Part shown: piece by piece, positions 11,680 to 24,448 of the stretch
Layout: every line of letters starts with the position of its first letter
How positions within the stretch are numbered: position 1 is the first letter of the stretch
Assembly: GCA_043228905.1 (NCBI GenBank)
Contig: JBHGNT010000005.1
Span: forward strand, 24,428,001-24,492,000
Length of the DNA: 64,000 nt
Source of the DNA: Azolla caroliniana
Lineage: Eukaryota > Plantae > Polypodiophyta
Direction: 5' to 3'
Program-made: the position numbers and the translations under genes
Notes under the pieces: model-generated
Told to the model about the DNA's origin: nothing
What the model saw: only the letters and a program-made list of their open reading frames with translations
The model's database searches: none

Positions 11680-14060
11680 TGTTGTGAGATTCCCAGCATG
11701 ATAAGTGTTAGAGTTATGGTCTAACGTAAGCATGAGATAAGGATACAATATAGATAAACATAAGAAAGAAGAGAGAGAAAGAAGGGTGTCGATCCACCCA
11801 ACCACCCCCGAGCGATGGGATCGAGATGGACTCGAGCCTTGATCAGCATCCCATACCACCGTCGTGGTGTCGAGTCGTACCTGTTGCTTGTGCGCTCGCT
11901 ACAAGAGTTGACCCACCACGAAACACAGTCTCAATGTAGTCAATATATGATCAAATGAGGGTAGTTAGGCCTCCTATTTATAGCGATACCCAAGGCCCCC
12001 AGGCAAGTTCACACTTGGCCTAATGGGTTGTCTCAATCATGAGGATTAAAAGTAATTCTCCCCTTCTTTACAATCTTGTTTAACCCTCACACTTATCCAT
12101 GTGTATAGAATACTACAGTAAATTCTCACCACGAGATATTATATGGTCATGCCTGTAACATACTCCCCCTCTTTAAAACATTGCACTCTTGCAATGAAAA
12201 GTTAGGGAAGTTAGTTCTAAGAGTATTTTCACGTTCCCATGTGGCATCTTTAATAGATTTATCTATCCCTTTAATTTTAAATTGTCAGATTATTTTAGTA
12301 CGCAGATTTTTTGTTTTAAAATCGAGAATTCTTTATGGTACATGTGGTTTAGAAGAAAATTCTTCAAAAGTAACCAGAGTTTCGATTGTAATTGTATTGT
12401 CGCTAGAACCTAGAAGTTCTTTTAGAAGAATTACATGAAAAACTGGATGAATTTCAATGCCATTAGGAACAACGAGATGATATGTTGATGAACCAATGCG
12501 TTTGAGGACTTGGAAAGGTCCACATAACGGTGGGGCTAACTTAGCGCACTTACCTGTAGACAATGTCTTAGAATTGTGAGGTACACGTAAAAATTCCTTC
12601 TGTCCAGGGTTGAATACACGAGGTTGCCTATTATGATCGGCGTAAAAACACACTCTATCTTGAGCTGTTTTTATATTATCTCGTGCAATATGCAACATAT
12701 CTTGCATATCCCGAAGAAAGTTTTGCGTACTTCGCATCTCATCATGATGTATATTAACATCAATCGGGGCTCGTGGTTGAAAACCATACATCAACATAAA
12801 AGGACTATATCCCATCGACGTATGCTTGGAGCTATTATAAGCAAACTCCAAATTTGGGAGATAACGTTCCCATTTTGTTGGTTTTGCATCAACTTATGCT
12901 CGAAGCATGTCCTCGATAATTTGATTTACTCGTTCTGTCTACCCATGAGATTGAGGATGATCCGTGGAGCTCATGCTCAATGTAGTTTCTAACTTCTTAA
13001 AGACTTGCGTCCAGAAGTCACTAGTAAACTTTGGATCTCGATCACTCACGATATCCATCGGTAACCCATAAAAACGAAATAACTCGTCAACGAATTGGTA
13101 ATCCAATCCAGGAGTTGTTATCGTGGTTTTAGTAGCAATAAATATGGCCATTTTAGTTACTTTATCAACCACAACCCAGATGGCATCATGGCCTTTTTGG
13201 GTGTGAGGAAGGTTAACAATAAAATCCATGGATATACTTTCCCACTTATTATTGGGAATGTCCAAGGGATGTAAAAGTCCTACGGCTTTAAGTCGCTTGA
13301 CTTTGTTAACCTGACATTGGTGACATTTAGTCACATAGCTATGTATGTCAGGACCCATCTTAGGCCAATAGAATTGAGCGGAGATGAGAAAGAGTGTACG
13401 ATGTATTCCAGGGTGCCCTACTAAGGGTGCATCACAACATTCAAACAAAATTCTCTTTTTGACCTCAGGCAAATCTGGAACACAGACCTTCCCATTACGG
13501 TAGAGCAGAACGTTAACAATGTGGAAGGATTCCTTCGAGGATGTGGTGGTGTCTATTCCAGACTCAACTCTTGCCCAATATATCACAAAATAACTGCCAT
13601 CAGGATACTTTCCTCGAAGGTGATCATAAAGATATGATGTTATTTCAGTGAAGCTAAGCATGTTAACTTCACGGATGCGACTTAGTGGATCAACGACAGT
13701 ATTCATGGAACCTTTACGATATCGTATGGAAAAATAAAAGTCCCGGATGAGATCAACCCATCGTGCCTTATGACCTTTCAGGTCTTCTTGGTCATAGAAA
13801 TATTTCAAGGACCCGTGGTACGTAGTTACCACAAAACGATTTCCATAAAGATAATGGCACCATGTTTTGAGCGCCATGTATAACTGCAAATAATTCCTTT
13901 TCTTGAACCATATACCGAGATTGAGCAGACTCAAGTTTCTTACTCTCGAATGCTATTGGTTTAGCATCTTGATATAAGACATCAACTATAGCATAATCGC
14001 TTGCATCAGTTTTAACCTCAAAAGTTTTTGAAGGATCGGCTAAAAGAAATGAAGGAGCCT
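11680..14060 (-). mobile_element. G1: 3' part of a degenerate Ty3/gypsy chromovirus (RNase H, integrase, chromodomain, PPT, 3' LTR ~11680-12160)
   Basis: FEVKTDASDYA, GHPG...CHQC, WESISMDFIV and GPF motifs; decayed chromodomain (DATWE) near 12240; PPT at 12161-12175 next to the LTR start TGTTACA. Several stops and frameshifts. Outer LTR end is approximate and the 5' half was not found. Confidence 0.8.
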
Positions 14061-17000
14061 TGCACACCAGGTGGGACCGCAGGGGCCCTGAACCGAGGAG
14101 CGTGAGAGATGAGAGGGAGAGAGACTCGCAGAAAACACAGAGATACAAAAATGAGAGAATCAAATCCAAATCAGTATAGATTACAGAGCTTGCAATGTTA
14201 CAACTGGCAAGCCGGTGACAGACTCAACACAGACGAATACACGCACTGAAATATGCAGTGGAGCCTCTACCAGAAGCACACAGGCTTTCACGTGGCAGAG
14301 GCAGCCAACTTAACCCAAAATCCATGTAGAAACAACAACGATGGTGGAGGAGAGAGCTCGGTTCCCAGTCCGACAACACTTCGTCCTCTCAAAACATGCG
14401 ATCCCCCCCTTTATAGCACAGGGAGAGAGAGCTGTTTACAGACCGTTAAATCACTGTTATTCTCTGCCCTTTTGGACAGAGATCCTCTTCGATTTCCTAC
14501 CTAACGAATTCGTGCTACCTAGGATAATTACATCGCCGACTTGTACTATCAAATATGTGCCCGTGTGTAAGGGCCGGTTCACGCACACTATCCACCAATT
14601 CCTCCTAGGGACAGTTTTCTCCACGACATCCGTCCCCACCTAGCCGCGCATACTCCGATATGTGCCAAAATAGCCTTCCGCCGGAGAAGACCGGCCCACG
14701 ATTATCTTTCGCTCTCCGGTTCGCCACCCGCTCCGCGCCGGTCATCGTCGCCATCCATGCCCTCTAGGTCCAGTTCGTCATCGTGCCTCTTCTTGAACGC
14801 TTTGATCCTCTTCCCGGCCACCAACACAACTATTCTCATTCCGTCGAGTTCCGCGAGGTGGTAGGTGCCGTTGTCGTTGGCGCTTGTCACCGCATAAGGT
14901 TCGAACCACCTCCTCACAAACTTTCGCATTGCCTTGTGCTAGTTGTCGAGGCTGTTGTCGTAGAGCAGAACCCAATCGCCTTCCTCGATTTTCCTCGGTC
15001 GTAGTCGGTGAGTCTAGTCGAATCTCCCCTTCTTCTTCGTCCTTGTTGCACATAGCTTCGCCGTTGCTCGTTCCACGTCCTCCGGTCTTCGCTCGAGTTG
15101 TCGGATCCACGCCGCTAACAACTCCTCCCGGCTCATCTCATCTCTCTAGTCCACCACGGCCCACGAGGAGATCGTTTTCTCCATCGGCATGATCGGCTTT
15201 TGCCCATACATAAGATCCATCGGCATGAACCTGGTTAACGAACTGTGTGTGGTTCGGTCTGCCCACAATGCGTAGGGTAGGAGTTGCGACCAATTCCCGA
15301 CTTGGCCTCCGCAGGCCCGTACCAACGCTTTTACGATTGGCCCGTGTCCGCGTTCCACCTTCCCGTTTGCCTCCGGATTGTACGCCGTGGTGAGCGAGAG
15401 TTTAACCCCTAGCCGTTCAAACAGCTCTTCGACCTCTTGTGCATCCAGTTCTCCACGGTCTACTATGATCTTTCCTCGATTAAGAACCGGCACACGGTCG
15501 TGGTCGTCTTGTTTGGTAATGCTCGACCCTCCACTTGGTTCGTCAAATCCTCTCGTGCCAGCACCAGGTATCGCATCTGCCCTACTCCCATCGGCATCGT
15601 CACAAGATCCACCATCCACTTGAAGTGGACGATCGGTGGGTAAGTCGGGTGCAACTCGTCCCGATGTCGGATTATGGAATGCATCTGACAACTTTCGCAA
15701 GTCGTTACAAACCGATGCACGTCCCGGTATAGTCCCGACCACCAGTACTTCTCCTTCAGCTTCTCGAACGTGGCCCATGTCCCCCGGTGTTCGGCCCAGG
15801 TACTCTCGTGGTACGCCGTTAGCAATGCTTCATGCTCCTCCTTCCTTGCCACCACTCGGAGTGGGACTCTGTCTCGCTTCTTCGGGTGCTTCCATATGCT
15901 TCTGTCCCGTAGAAAGAATCAGTACGCTTTCTTCTGGTCCGGTTAGCCTCTTCCCTTGTCCGCGCCGCTCCCGGCATCATCGTCTTCAGGAACCCACCGA
16001 TTTGGAGCCACTCCCTGTCGTACTTGCTCTCGTCGAACTCGTTAAGCACAAGAGTGCTCCCAGCCCTCGCCGCTATGTGAGCTGACTCGAGGAAGTCCTC
16101 ACCAACTTCTTCATTCTCCGAAACCATGTCGTCTTCGTCGTCGAACCGTGCTCTTGAAAGCATATCGGCCATGGGGTTGTCTTTACCGGAGATGTGTCGT
16201 ATCTCCGTATTTAGAGACTTGATGTACGCGATCCATCTGAGCATTGCCAGGTCCGGAGTCACACATCCGGAAACCGTACTGAGAATTGGTAGGCAGTCCG
16301 TCTCAATTATTACTTCCATCCCGATTAGATAGTCCTTGTCGGCCTTGACTGTCGAAACGATACCCCATAGTTCACGCTTGACTTGGGCGTATCCTCGTTG
16401 TCGCTCGCTCAATACCGTCGCCCCGAACCGGATCGGGAACCACGCGTCGCTCTCGTCCTCCTGATTGATCACCCATCCGATCCCGGTCGGGCTTGTGTCT
16501 ATGGTTACGTAGACGGGGACCTCCTTGCCGTAGACCGCTTTCCGGAGAGCCGGTGCCGCGGTAAGCGCCTCCTCCTTTAATCTCCGGACCGATTCCGTAT
16601 GTTCGTTACTCCATTCGAATTTTCGCCCTTTCTTTAGCAACTCGTAGAGCAGTTCCACGACATGTGCGTAGTGCGAGATCCAAATGTGATAGAATGCGCA
16701 TGCCCCCAGGAACCTCTGCACCTCCGTGACCGACTTGCATTCTTCCTTCATATCGGAGATGGTCTCTACCTTTGCCGGAGACGGTTTCCGGCTGTAAGGC
16801 CCGTATAGGTGACCGACCACAAGAATCTTTGACTGCCTGAAAGCCGACTTCTCTCCGGAGAGGGTGAGTCGCGCACCCTCTAGTCTTTGCAGTACTTTCT
16901 CGCAGTCGTCAATGTGGTGCACCACGAATCTCCGACATCTATCCGGCCCAACCATTTCATCCTTATCCTCCATCGGGCCCCCCTTTATCGGTATATCTTC

Positions 17001-17696
17001 CAGAAATGGCATGGTGATGTCTGGGATGCAGTCCCTCAGCACCTTGTTCATCGCATTCACCATGTGCGCCACTGAGTTTGTCCCTCCTTGCGGCAGGGTA
17101 CACATCCGCACTAAGCCGAGAGGTGTCTGCATCGTCGTGACATCCCTGCTCTCCTCGGCTAGTTGGAACTGGTTGTACCTGTTACCGATTAGGAACACGG
17201 TCTACAGTCAGTCCTTCGACCTAGACCTCAAAGTGACTGCGTTGCAACGAATGGTACCGCCGTACCGTAATATGTAATGGGATACCTCCCCGTATCCCAG
17301 TAGCGTATAAGGGAGACAACTACAACCGAACTCCTTAGACAATGCACTAGTAACAACACTCGCACTCACGCCTACGCTCTTACGATTACAATACGCCACC
17401 AAGAATCATAGAAACACAGTAGGTTAACCACAGATATGCACAGGGATTAGAGAAGATAGAACTCTATTAAGATAACGCTCTATGCATCAAAATTTACATG
17501 CTACCTCTTATAGAGGATTTCTGCCCTTTATATACATAGGGTCTTTTAGCCGTTCACGCTTCCCGCGTGAACCGTTACATGCGTTTGGTTTTTACTATAT
17601 TCTATATTTCTGCGCTCCTATCCGTCGGTTACTATTCCAACGGACAACACCTGGCACACATGTGGGACAGTGCCATGGCATGTCGGATCCACCCCT

Positions 17697-20330
17697 TTAA
17701 TCTTCCTCCAAAATGGCCTGAGTGTTTGGTTCCGCCCCGGTGTCCAGGTTCGGGGACGACGTAGTGTCCGTAGGCGCGTCATTGCGTGGTTCCAGTACTT
17801 GCTCGATAGGACTTTCCATGGTGCCGCTAGCTTCCTGTGTGGGCGGTCCGGGCTCCGCTGGATCATCCTGTTCTATTGTGGTTGGCGCAGTCGTCGGTGG
17901 GCTCTCGGTAGGTCGAGGTTCTGGTTCCTTCGAAACTTCCTCGATGGTGCCAACCGTAGTTGTACGCTCCGGTGAATGGGGCTGAGGTTCCTCCTGGTCA
18001 GTAGTCTCACTTTCTGGTATCGCGGGGGGCTCCTCTTGTTGTTCTGTGTTGCCCATCGTAGTGGTTAATTCCGATGACGTGGGCTGAGGTTCCTCTCGTT
18101 CGGCAGTATCCTTTAGTATCGCGATGGATTCCGCGTTAGGTCGCGTGCTGCCGGCTTGCATGATTTGGTGAAACAGGCCCTCCTGACTTTCGCCAAAATT
18201 GTCTAGTAGCTGCGCAAGTTCTTCGGAATGTTGGTCCGCTAGCGTGCGATAATCCTGCGCTAGGTCCTCGCATACTGTCGTAATGCTTTCCTCATTGAGT
18301 TTGTAGAATCCTCGGCCATCTTTTCTTCGGTTCTCCTAGTCCGCCCGGTACGTATGTAACTCCGCCACTTCTGTAGCCCACGCCATCCAGCATTTGTCTA
18401 ACGCCGCTTGTAATTGCGCCGTAAACCTCTCCCGATTTGTTTGGAGACATATGCGCACGTTGTCGGTTATTGCTTGGCAACGGTTGCGTGATTCTTCTAT
18501 GGTTTTCTTGAGGTTTTCGATTTCTTGTTTACTGACCGCCGCCGCTTCCTCATAATTGCTCCTCATTCCTGCCCATAGTTGAGATTCCTTCAAATGTAAT
18601 TCTTCCGGCTTTCCCATTTTATTGTTCAAGCGGATTTCGAGCTGATGCCTTTTGTCCTGTTCCCATACAAGCTGCTTGTCGAACCATGCTTTCTTCTTTT
18701 CCAATAACGCCCGAAGTCCCGTGATCGTTGTTTTCGATTTTTGCGCTTCCTCCCGTAGTTTGGTGTTTTCTTCTTTCGTACGGGTGTGTTGTGCTGCCTC
18801 CGCTACGAGTTTCTCTTCAATGGTCTTAACTGCCTTTTGGCCTTTGGCCCAGATGTCCGTTTCTCTGTCTGAGGAGTTCAGAGCGGAGGCGATCAATCTC
18901 CGATTCCACCAGTTGCATGACCCTTTTTGCTTTCGAGGCGATGGCGGTCTGTGCTTCAATATCTTTTCTTAGGGCCTCAACGGTGTTGTTTGTTGGTTGA
19001 GCTGCCTGCTGCATCGTAGTCGCGTTACGTTCCAACTCCGTGATGCGTTCGTTGGCCTTTTGTAGCTCAGCTTGGGTCAGTTTAACCGTTTTCCAAGCAT
19101 TTTTATTTTCAATCGCCATAGCCTTGGTGCCAATACTAACCTTAGCTAGTTCCCTATGAACCTCGATGAGGGTTGCGTTTAATGGGAGTAGTTCCATCCC
19201 CATTCGGCGTATGCTGACGTTTCGTTGTCTGCCAACTCTGGCTAGCTACTCCTCATCATCGCTTTTTGCTGTTTGTGTTAGCGCGCGCTCGATCATTTGT
19301 CGCTCCGCGTGCTCCTCGACCATTCGTCGGGAGACTTTTATTTGTTGTGTTGCCAAAAATTCCATGAGGTCAAAAGTAGTTCCGAACTGTAATAGGGCGC
19401 CGAACTCATGGGCCGTGTCTGGAATGTCCGGATACGCCAGGACCTCGCTTTCCGCCGTAAATACGCCTTTCCCCCACTGTGACTGGGCCAAAATAATCTG
19501 TTGTGGTTCCCGGATTACTTCGAAGGTGGTGTTGGGCTCCGTAGCTATGGAGTTGTCGACCACGGTGGTCGTCTCTGTGGTCGCGCGTGTGTCTTTAACT
19601 AATCCGTGCCCATCCTTCCCTTCCAGCCTCCGCCGTTTCGGCCTCGGGCTACCTTGATGTTGCTCGGCTTCCAGCTCCTCCGGAGCTTCCTCCCTATGCT
19701 CCGCCCGTTCCTCCTGTGTTGTTCGCGTGCTGGGCTGGGTTGATTGGGGTTCATCCTCCCATTCTATGGTGGCCAACTCCGCTAACCTTCGTCTCGTGGA
19801 ATGTGGCGACAGCATGGGTTTGTTGGGCTGTGGTGCGGGCAGTTCGCGGGGCAGAAATAGTATCGTCGGATATTGTTGTATGATTGGTCGTAGCTTTTTG
19901 CCGCCTTGAAACGCGTGCAGGCCTTCCCGCAACGCTGGTCTCTTAGTGAGCCCCCAATCAACCGTGCGCCTTGGGCATCCCAGAGGCATTTATATGCACG
20001 CATCCGACCTCCAACAGGAACTTGGCTATTTCGCGAAAGAAGGGGTCGGGGATTTCCTTCGTCTTGTATGCCTTGGCAGACGCCGAATAGGGCCCGAAAT
20101 ATCTCTGCAAAGTTTTCGCAGGAGGGATTTCGAAATGTCTTTCTCCCAGCGATGACAGGTCAAGCTTCTTCTGGATGGATGTGTTGGTGACCGTGTCGAT
20201 ATTCAGCTTCCTAGCAATGTCCAGGGCTTCAGGGTGAGGGGGTGCCTCAACGACTTTGATGTATCCATCCAGGCGTTTCTCGATGAGCCATCGACGCAAG
20301 GCGGTAGAAATAGGGATCAACATAGTAGGA
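17697..20330 (-). pseudogene. Extra 3' ORF of G3, broken by frameshifts: globular N-terminus, coiled coil, P/T/E-rich tail
   Basis: Consecutive same-strand ORFs 19958-20521, 19246-19989, 18826-19203, 18336-18959 and 17697-18161 lie between integrase and the 3' LTR, with heptad-like E/K/Q/L content. Confidence 0.6.
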
Positions 20331-22926
20331 GGGTGAGACTCGTGGCTAGTGGGCGAGGACTGCCGGCTATGGCGAACTCGAGCTCTGTGGTGGGATGGAG
20401 AAGAGGGTGAGTGAGGGTAGTGATGAGAGCAATGAGAGTTAGAAGGTTGGTTTCTGTACTGTGTAGAAAACCTTCTATTTTCTTCTTTTTGTGGCCTAGG
20501 GTTCATTGGTCGGTGATCCATCGTGGTGCCGTGTGTTCTTGGCGTAGAAGTTTGTGCATGCCTTAAGTCCTTTTAATAGCGTCGCTACCTTCTCTCTTTT
20601 TTTATTTTTTTATTTTATTTTTTTCATTTTGTAACGGTTACATACAATATTATTTTTACTCTATAGTACAAGTAGGTTTCTCTACTTACTCCGCGGATTC
20701 CCCGACTTTGTCATGTCCGGTGGGGAACGGGTTAGGTGACGTAGGTCCCAGGTAAGGTTTAAGGCGAAATCCATTCACCTTTTGTCGTAACACTTCCCCG
20801 GCCAAAGTGCCAAGTTGAAACGTGCCATGTTCCGCTCCCACTATCCAATACGGGCCCGTCCAACGGAATTTTAATTTTCCAACTATCCCATGCGTGTTTG
20901 AAAAACTAATACCGCTTTCCCAACCGTAAAATCCTTTTCACACGCATGTGATGTCGGTCCACGAATGCTTTGCGCCGCCGATGTTCCTGTTCCAATATGG
21001 CCATACTGCGTACCCTTGTTTCGCCTAGTTCTAGCAGTTGTTGTAGCCGTATTTGTTCGGATTTGCCCTCTAGCAGCCGGGCTCATACTTGAATCCGCAA
21101 ACTGGGTACCTGGAATTCGACGGGCATCACGGCCTCCGGCCCAAATGCTAGCCTAAAAGGCGTGGATTGTATGCTGGTCTTATAGCTGGTTCGATACGCC
21201 CATAATACACTGTGCAATTTGGTATCCCAATCTGTTCTATTCTCATTGACTATCTTTTTGAGGATAGTTTGTAATGTTTTGTTTGTGGCTTCGACCAAGC
21301 CATTTGCCTGTGGGTAATACGACGTACTCTTTTTGTGAACCACAACGTAGTGTTGGGTTAGCTCGCTAATGATTGTATTCAGAAAGTGACTCCCCTGGTC
21401 ACTAATGAGCTCAATAGGGCAGCCGAAATGACACTAGATGTGTTCGTAAAGGAATTTCGTCGTGACTGCCGCAATATTTTCGCGTAGTGGTTTCGCTTCT
21501 ACCCACTTGGTGCAGTAATCCGTAGCCACCAGGATATACTTATTGTCTGTTCGAGCAACTGTTAGGGTAAAGGGTCCCACAAAATCCAACCCCCACTTTC
21601 GGAAAGGATCCAACGGCAACACCGGTTGATGTGGCATTCTCGCGACCTCCGTGGGCTGGCCCAGCCGTTAGCATAAATCGCATTGTTTGCAATATTCATA
21701 CGCATCCTTTTGCGTAGTCAGCCACCAAAGTCCTGCTTGCCAGATTTTCCGGGCCGTAACATCGCATGCGTAATGTCCTCCCGTTGTACCACAGTGGGCT
21801 TCTCGTAAAACCGCAACCTTCTCATCCTGCCGTATTCTGTGCCTCCAGATGTCGTCACTACCTTTGTGATATAGGACGTCGTCGACTAAACATAAATTAT
21901 GACTCCGTACGACCAACCATTTTTTCTCGTCCGTCCTTAATTGGGGTGGCGGTAACCCCGTGGTCAGAAAGTAGGTCATTTCCATCAACCACCGATCCAG
22001 GAAAGTCTTTTCTGTTCTTTCTGCTAAAGTTGCTATACGCAGAATGTCCGCGTCCGGAAAGTCGTCGTCATCTTTTTGAGCCGTTTCTCCATTATCTAGT
22101 CTGCTCAAGAAATCCGCTACCATGTGTTGCATCCCCGGTTGGTGCTTAATTACAAAGTCGAATTCTAGGAGCAATAACATCCATCTGGCCAATTTTCCCG
22201 TCAGTGCCTGTTTCCCCACCAGATATAGCAATGCCGTATGATCCACATGAAACGTGAATTTCAACCCTAGCAAATAGTGCCAGAATTTATTGATGTTGTA
22301 GATCATACCCAACGCTTCACGTTCCGTTGTGGAGTAGTTACGCTGTCGTGAAGATTTCTGGCTATAGTGTGAAACCGGGGGTGGAATGGGCAAGTCGGTG
22401 GTGTGCAACATGTGCACATGTATACTAGGATAGGGTGTATAGAAAGAGAGGGGAAATTTTTGTCCCACATTGTAAGGTCCTTCCCTCCTTGGGCTATAAA
22501 AGGAAGGGAGGGGTCACTTATGAAGGGGTTGCCTATTTTGTGCGAGTAAGGTATACCACTTAGTCTAGGGTTCTCCCTCTTCCCATTTCGTTTTAGGGTT
22601 AGGGTTTCGGTTAGGGTTTTCTTCTTGGGTTTCCCTTTAGGGTTTTCGGATAGTCATTTTGGTGCGGCGATGGCGGCCACCACTGTTGTAACCGTTCGTT
22701 GTTTTAACATAACTTGTTGAACATCTTGCCTCCGCGGATCTCTCCTTCGATGTCGTGGTCTTATTCTTTCCTCTTCTCCTCTTGAGCTAAGCCTCCATAT
22801 CGTGTCCTATTCTTTCTCCTCCACTCCCTAGTCCAAGACCCCCGCGGTCCCGCCCCTTCTACATGCACGCGCGTAACAACGCGACATCTTTGGTGAACCC
22901 GACGTGAAGAAGGGCGGCAAGGGAGC

Positions 22927-23802
22927 ATGGAGATGGAAGAAGACTTGGACTTCGAGGAGATGATGGCAAAAATCGTGATGGAAGCCGGACGGAAGATGGC
23001 GAAGCGAGATGCGGCTCAACAAGCCGTCGAAAGGGTGGTTGATCGAGTCAGCCGATTCAACGGGGACGATGTCCCGAGGTTCTTGGAAGCGTACGAGGCC
23101 GAGATGGCGAAAGGGGGCGTGGACGAGGAGATGTGGCTAGAGTATTTTCCTCGAGTGGCGGCCGCATCGGTGCACAAGGAGGTCAAGGAGCTACGAGAAG
23201 CTCACGGGTCGTGGGTGTCCTTGAAGGTAGCCCTATTGGAAGCGTGCGGATACGCGAAACCGGAGTGGGTATGCCGGCAACCCGTTGGGGAGCGGTCGGC
23301 AACAACGTGGCTCGCGAGCGGCAGAGAAGAGAGAGTGGCGAGTGCGTACGCACTACCACCGGAAGAGAGCTCAACGCAAAACGGTTCGGAGGAGCTCGAC
23401 CTAGAAGCGCTAATACGAGAGGCATGCGAGCTTGTGAAGGCGAAAATCGGAGCTGAAGAAGGGCTTATTATGGAGTCGGGCCGGAGGCGATCGGAGGATA
23501 CGGAGGAAGAAGCCTCCCTAAGCGTAGAAGACGGGGCCTATACGGAGGCCAGAAGAGCGTACGACGGCGACATGGGAGAGGGTGCGGAGCAAGCGACCCT
23601 CTTGCCTTGCGGAGAAGGGACGACCATGGAGGCCGATAACTACGGATTCGGGACATGGCGGCCCGAAACATCGAGTGGGGAGGAGACAAGCGGCAGTGCC
23701 GGGTCCTTACCCACACCGGTTCTAGAGGCTTCGACGGTCGGCCCGAGAGCCGGTGTGAGACCTAGAGTGACGGACGGTGGCGGCGGCAAGGCGGGCAACT
23801 GA
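22927..23802 (+). CDS. Gag-like protein of G4 with an acidic repetitive tail
   Basis: AVERVVDRVSRFNGDDVPRFLEAY resembles the G2 gag segment AIEAIVNTIGRFDGKDAT; it starts just after the PBS. Confidence 0.65.
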   Translation: MEMEEDLDFEEMMAKIVMEAGRKMAKRDAAQQAVERVVDRVSRFNGDDVPRFLEAYEAEMAKGGVDEEMWLEYFPRVAAASVHKEVKELREAHGSWVSLKVALLEACGYAKPEWVCRQPVGERSATTWLASGREERVASAYALPPEESSTQNGSEELDLEALIREACELVKAKIGAEEGLIMESGRRRSEDTEEEASLSVEDGAYTEARRAYDGDMGEGAEQATLLPCGEGTTMEADNYGFGTWRPETSSGEETSGSAGSLPTPVLEASTVGPRAGVRPRVTDGGGGKAGN

Positions 23803-24448
23803 GACGACGGCATGGGAGAGATGGTGGCAAGCGTAATCGAGGCTTGCGGAATCGGAGATGGCGTAGCCGCGGACAACGACGACCGAACGGAAGCGGCTAC
23901 TGACACAACGAGTGGCGGTGCCGGGTCCTTACCCACACCGGTCCTAGAGGCTCCGGCGGCCGGCCCGAGTGCCGGCGTGAGACCTAGAGCGACGGGCGGT
24001 GGTGTCAGGAATAGTACTAAAACAGAGATTGAATTAGTACTAAGAAGAGTAGTACTATTAGTACTAAGAGGACGGGACTGCGTAAGATTCCCGAGAGAGA
24101 GGAAGTGAGAAGAGGAGAGAGAGAGAGAGAGGGAAATAGGATGATGACAGCAGCTCTTATATTATATGAAAGATAAGTACAAATCGACTAAGAGGCTTAA
24201 GACTGGTGTTGAACCAATTTGGTTCAACATAATGCTTAGTGCCTTCTTTTATAGTGTTCTCAGGAATAATCCTGAAGCTTCTAGAATGTTCCAGAGAAAT
24301 CTGGAATATACATTACTTTCTTATAATAAAACATAAATGAAAATAATATTCTATGAATTACAATAGATGGTGAGATGGTTAAGAGCTCGACCCATATACC
24401 ATAAGGTCATGGGTTCGAGTCTTGCCATCTCATGACACTATCTCCCCC

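Noticed and set aside
24363-24437. Functional tRNA gene
   Set aside because: The anticodon stem does not pair, the T-stem is weak, there is no T-run terminator, and it is part of an LTR.
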